Origin: Elusimicrobiota bacterium
Lineage (GTDB): Bacteria > Elusimicrobiota > Elusimicrobia > FEN-1173
Assembly (NCBI GenBank): GCA_016788905.1
Contig: JAEURZ010000003.1
Span: 39,262-103,261, forward strand
Length of the DNA stretch: 64,000 nucleotides
Direction: 5' to 3'
Every line of letters starts with the position of its first letter. The first letter of the stretch is position 1. Positions 63,113 through 64,000 of the stretch are shown in pieces. A program made the position numbers and the translations under genes. The notes under the pieces are model-generated. The model was not told the origin of the DNA. It ran no database searches and saw only the letters and a list, made by a program, of their open reading frames with translations.

Positions 63113-64000
63113 ATGGAATCTGCACTTTTCGGAAACGCGTTGGTCTCTCCGGCCGATTTCGGGGTGCTGGTGGGGTTATTGGTGGCCATGGTGGGGGTGG
63201 GATTTTATTTTCGTCGCCGGCAAACCAACACGGACGAATTCTTTTTAGGAAGTCGCCGCGTCCCCGGTTGGGCGGCCGCCCTGTCCTTTGTGGCCACCGA
63301 AGTGAGCGCGGTGACCATCATTTCTGTCCCGGCCGTCGGGTTTCTTGAAAATTGGGAATACCTTCAATTCTTTATCGGGTCGGCCGCGGCACGGATTGTG
63401 ATTGCCACGCTCTTCATTCCTGCGTTTTATAAATACAACTGCACGACCGTTTATCAATTTCTGGCCGCTCGGTTTGGGTGGGGAACTCAAGTGGCGGCCT
63501 CTTCCTTTTTCTTTTTGACGCGGCTCTTGGGGTCTGGGGTCCGCCTCATGGCCGCGTGTTTGGCGCTTTCTGTCCTTTTGGGGTGGAACATTCTTCCGGT
63601 CATCCTGATCTTTATTTTGATTGGGATTATTTATATGGGACTTGGGGGTATGCGGGCTGTGGTTTGGACGAACGTTTTGCAGGCGGGTGTTTTTATTGTT
63701 GGAGGAGTGGCGGCGGTTCTTTTTCTGGCTGGACAAGTGGATGGGGGGCTGACGGGAATGCTTCAGACAGCTCGTCAAGGGGGCCGGTTGTCTGTTTTTG
63801 ACTGGGGGCCCTCTTTTGGGGACCCGGCCTATTTTTCGACTTTTTTCAAAAACCCCCATATTTTGTGGGTGGCCATCCTCAACGGTTTTTTTGGGTCCAT
63901 GGCGGCTTTTGGGACGGACCAGGATTTAATGCAACGGTTGCTCACCGTAGAAACCCGACGGGAAAGTCAAAAAACCATGATCGCCACCATCGTGTTAAGT
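63113..64000 (+). CDS. sodium:solute symporter family transporter (3'-truncated by window end)
   Basis: 'GSRRVPGWAAALSFVATEVSAVTIISVPAVGF', 'YMGLGGMRAVVWTNVLQAG', 'GTDQDLMQRLL'; the frame is open to the window end. Confidence 0.75.
   Translation, partial: MESALFGNALVSPADFGVLVGLLVAMVGVGFYFRRRQTNTDEFFLGSRRVPGWAAALSFVATEVSAVTIISVPAVGFLENWEYLQFFIGSAAARIVIATLFIPAFYKYNCTTVYQFLAARFGWGTQVAASSFFFLTRLLGSGVRLMAACLALSVLLGWNILPVILIFILIGIIYMGLGGMRAVVWTNVLQAGVFIVGGVAAVLFLAGQVDGGLTGMLQTARQGGRLSVFDWGPSFGDPAYFSTFFKNPHILWVAILNGFFGSMAAFGTDQDLMQRLLTVETRRESQKTMIATIVLS

Noticed and set aside
1-64000. CRISPR arrays, transposases, integrases, toxin-antitoxin pairs and restriction-modification genes
   Set aside because: I saw no regularly spaced direct repeats and no ORFs with DDE/tyrosine-recombinase/HEPN-like motifs on either strand. 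The only integration signatures are the repeat scars at tRNA-Pro(CGG).

Overview
This is a 64 kb, high-GC (roughly 55-60%) bacterial chromosomal segment from a diderm organism, possibly an uncultivated lineage. It carries an FadL-like outer membrane protein, an LpxL/HtrB-type acyltransferase and MltA. Most of it is ordinary, densely packed and often translationally coupled (ATGA/GTGA overlaps). I found about 47 protein-coding genes, 3 tRNA genes and no CRISPR array. The recognisable blocks are: a two-component system followed by an OMP and an FG-GAP secreted protein; a Pat-like lysine acetyltransferase; the nitrite reductase operon nrfHA; hflX-pgsA-der-plsY-gpsA; HU; a glycolipid pair (MGDG-synthase-like GT plus lysophospholipid acyltransferase) sitting between two tRNA-Pro genes; sigma factor-apt; infC-rpmI-rplT-pheST with a recognisable promoter and leader hairpin; and a peptidoglycan/MurNAc recycling cluster (mltA, murK-like kinase, nagZ, murQ, namZ/DUF1343, Na+/solute symporter). 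The standout is a 15.6 kb locus (16390-32036) of two adjacent giant genes (1822 and 3382 aa), each with a signal peptide and many transmembrane segments. They share a paralogous N-terminal ~550 aa domain that looks like TIKI/TraB/PrgY. They also carry embedded catalytic modules (Nudix box; transglutaminase-like Cys-protease core; Hsp90/sacsin-type GHKL ATPase) and internal AT-rich segments. I could not place this pair in any characterised system, and it is the best candidate for something novel here. Other points worth checking: a G/C-rich double-hairpin repeat family with one copy inserted in-frame inside a DUF420 gene; att-like direct repeats and a partial upstream duplication at tRNA-Pro(CGG); an in-frame TGA plus G8 tract splitting an OMP from its C-terminal strand and TPR domain; and a divergent radical-SAM pair with a non-canonical cysteine motif. 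All calls come from reading translated motifs, not from database searches. Coordinates of RNA genes and repeats were counted by hand and may be off by a few bases.
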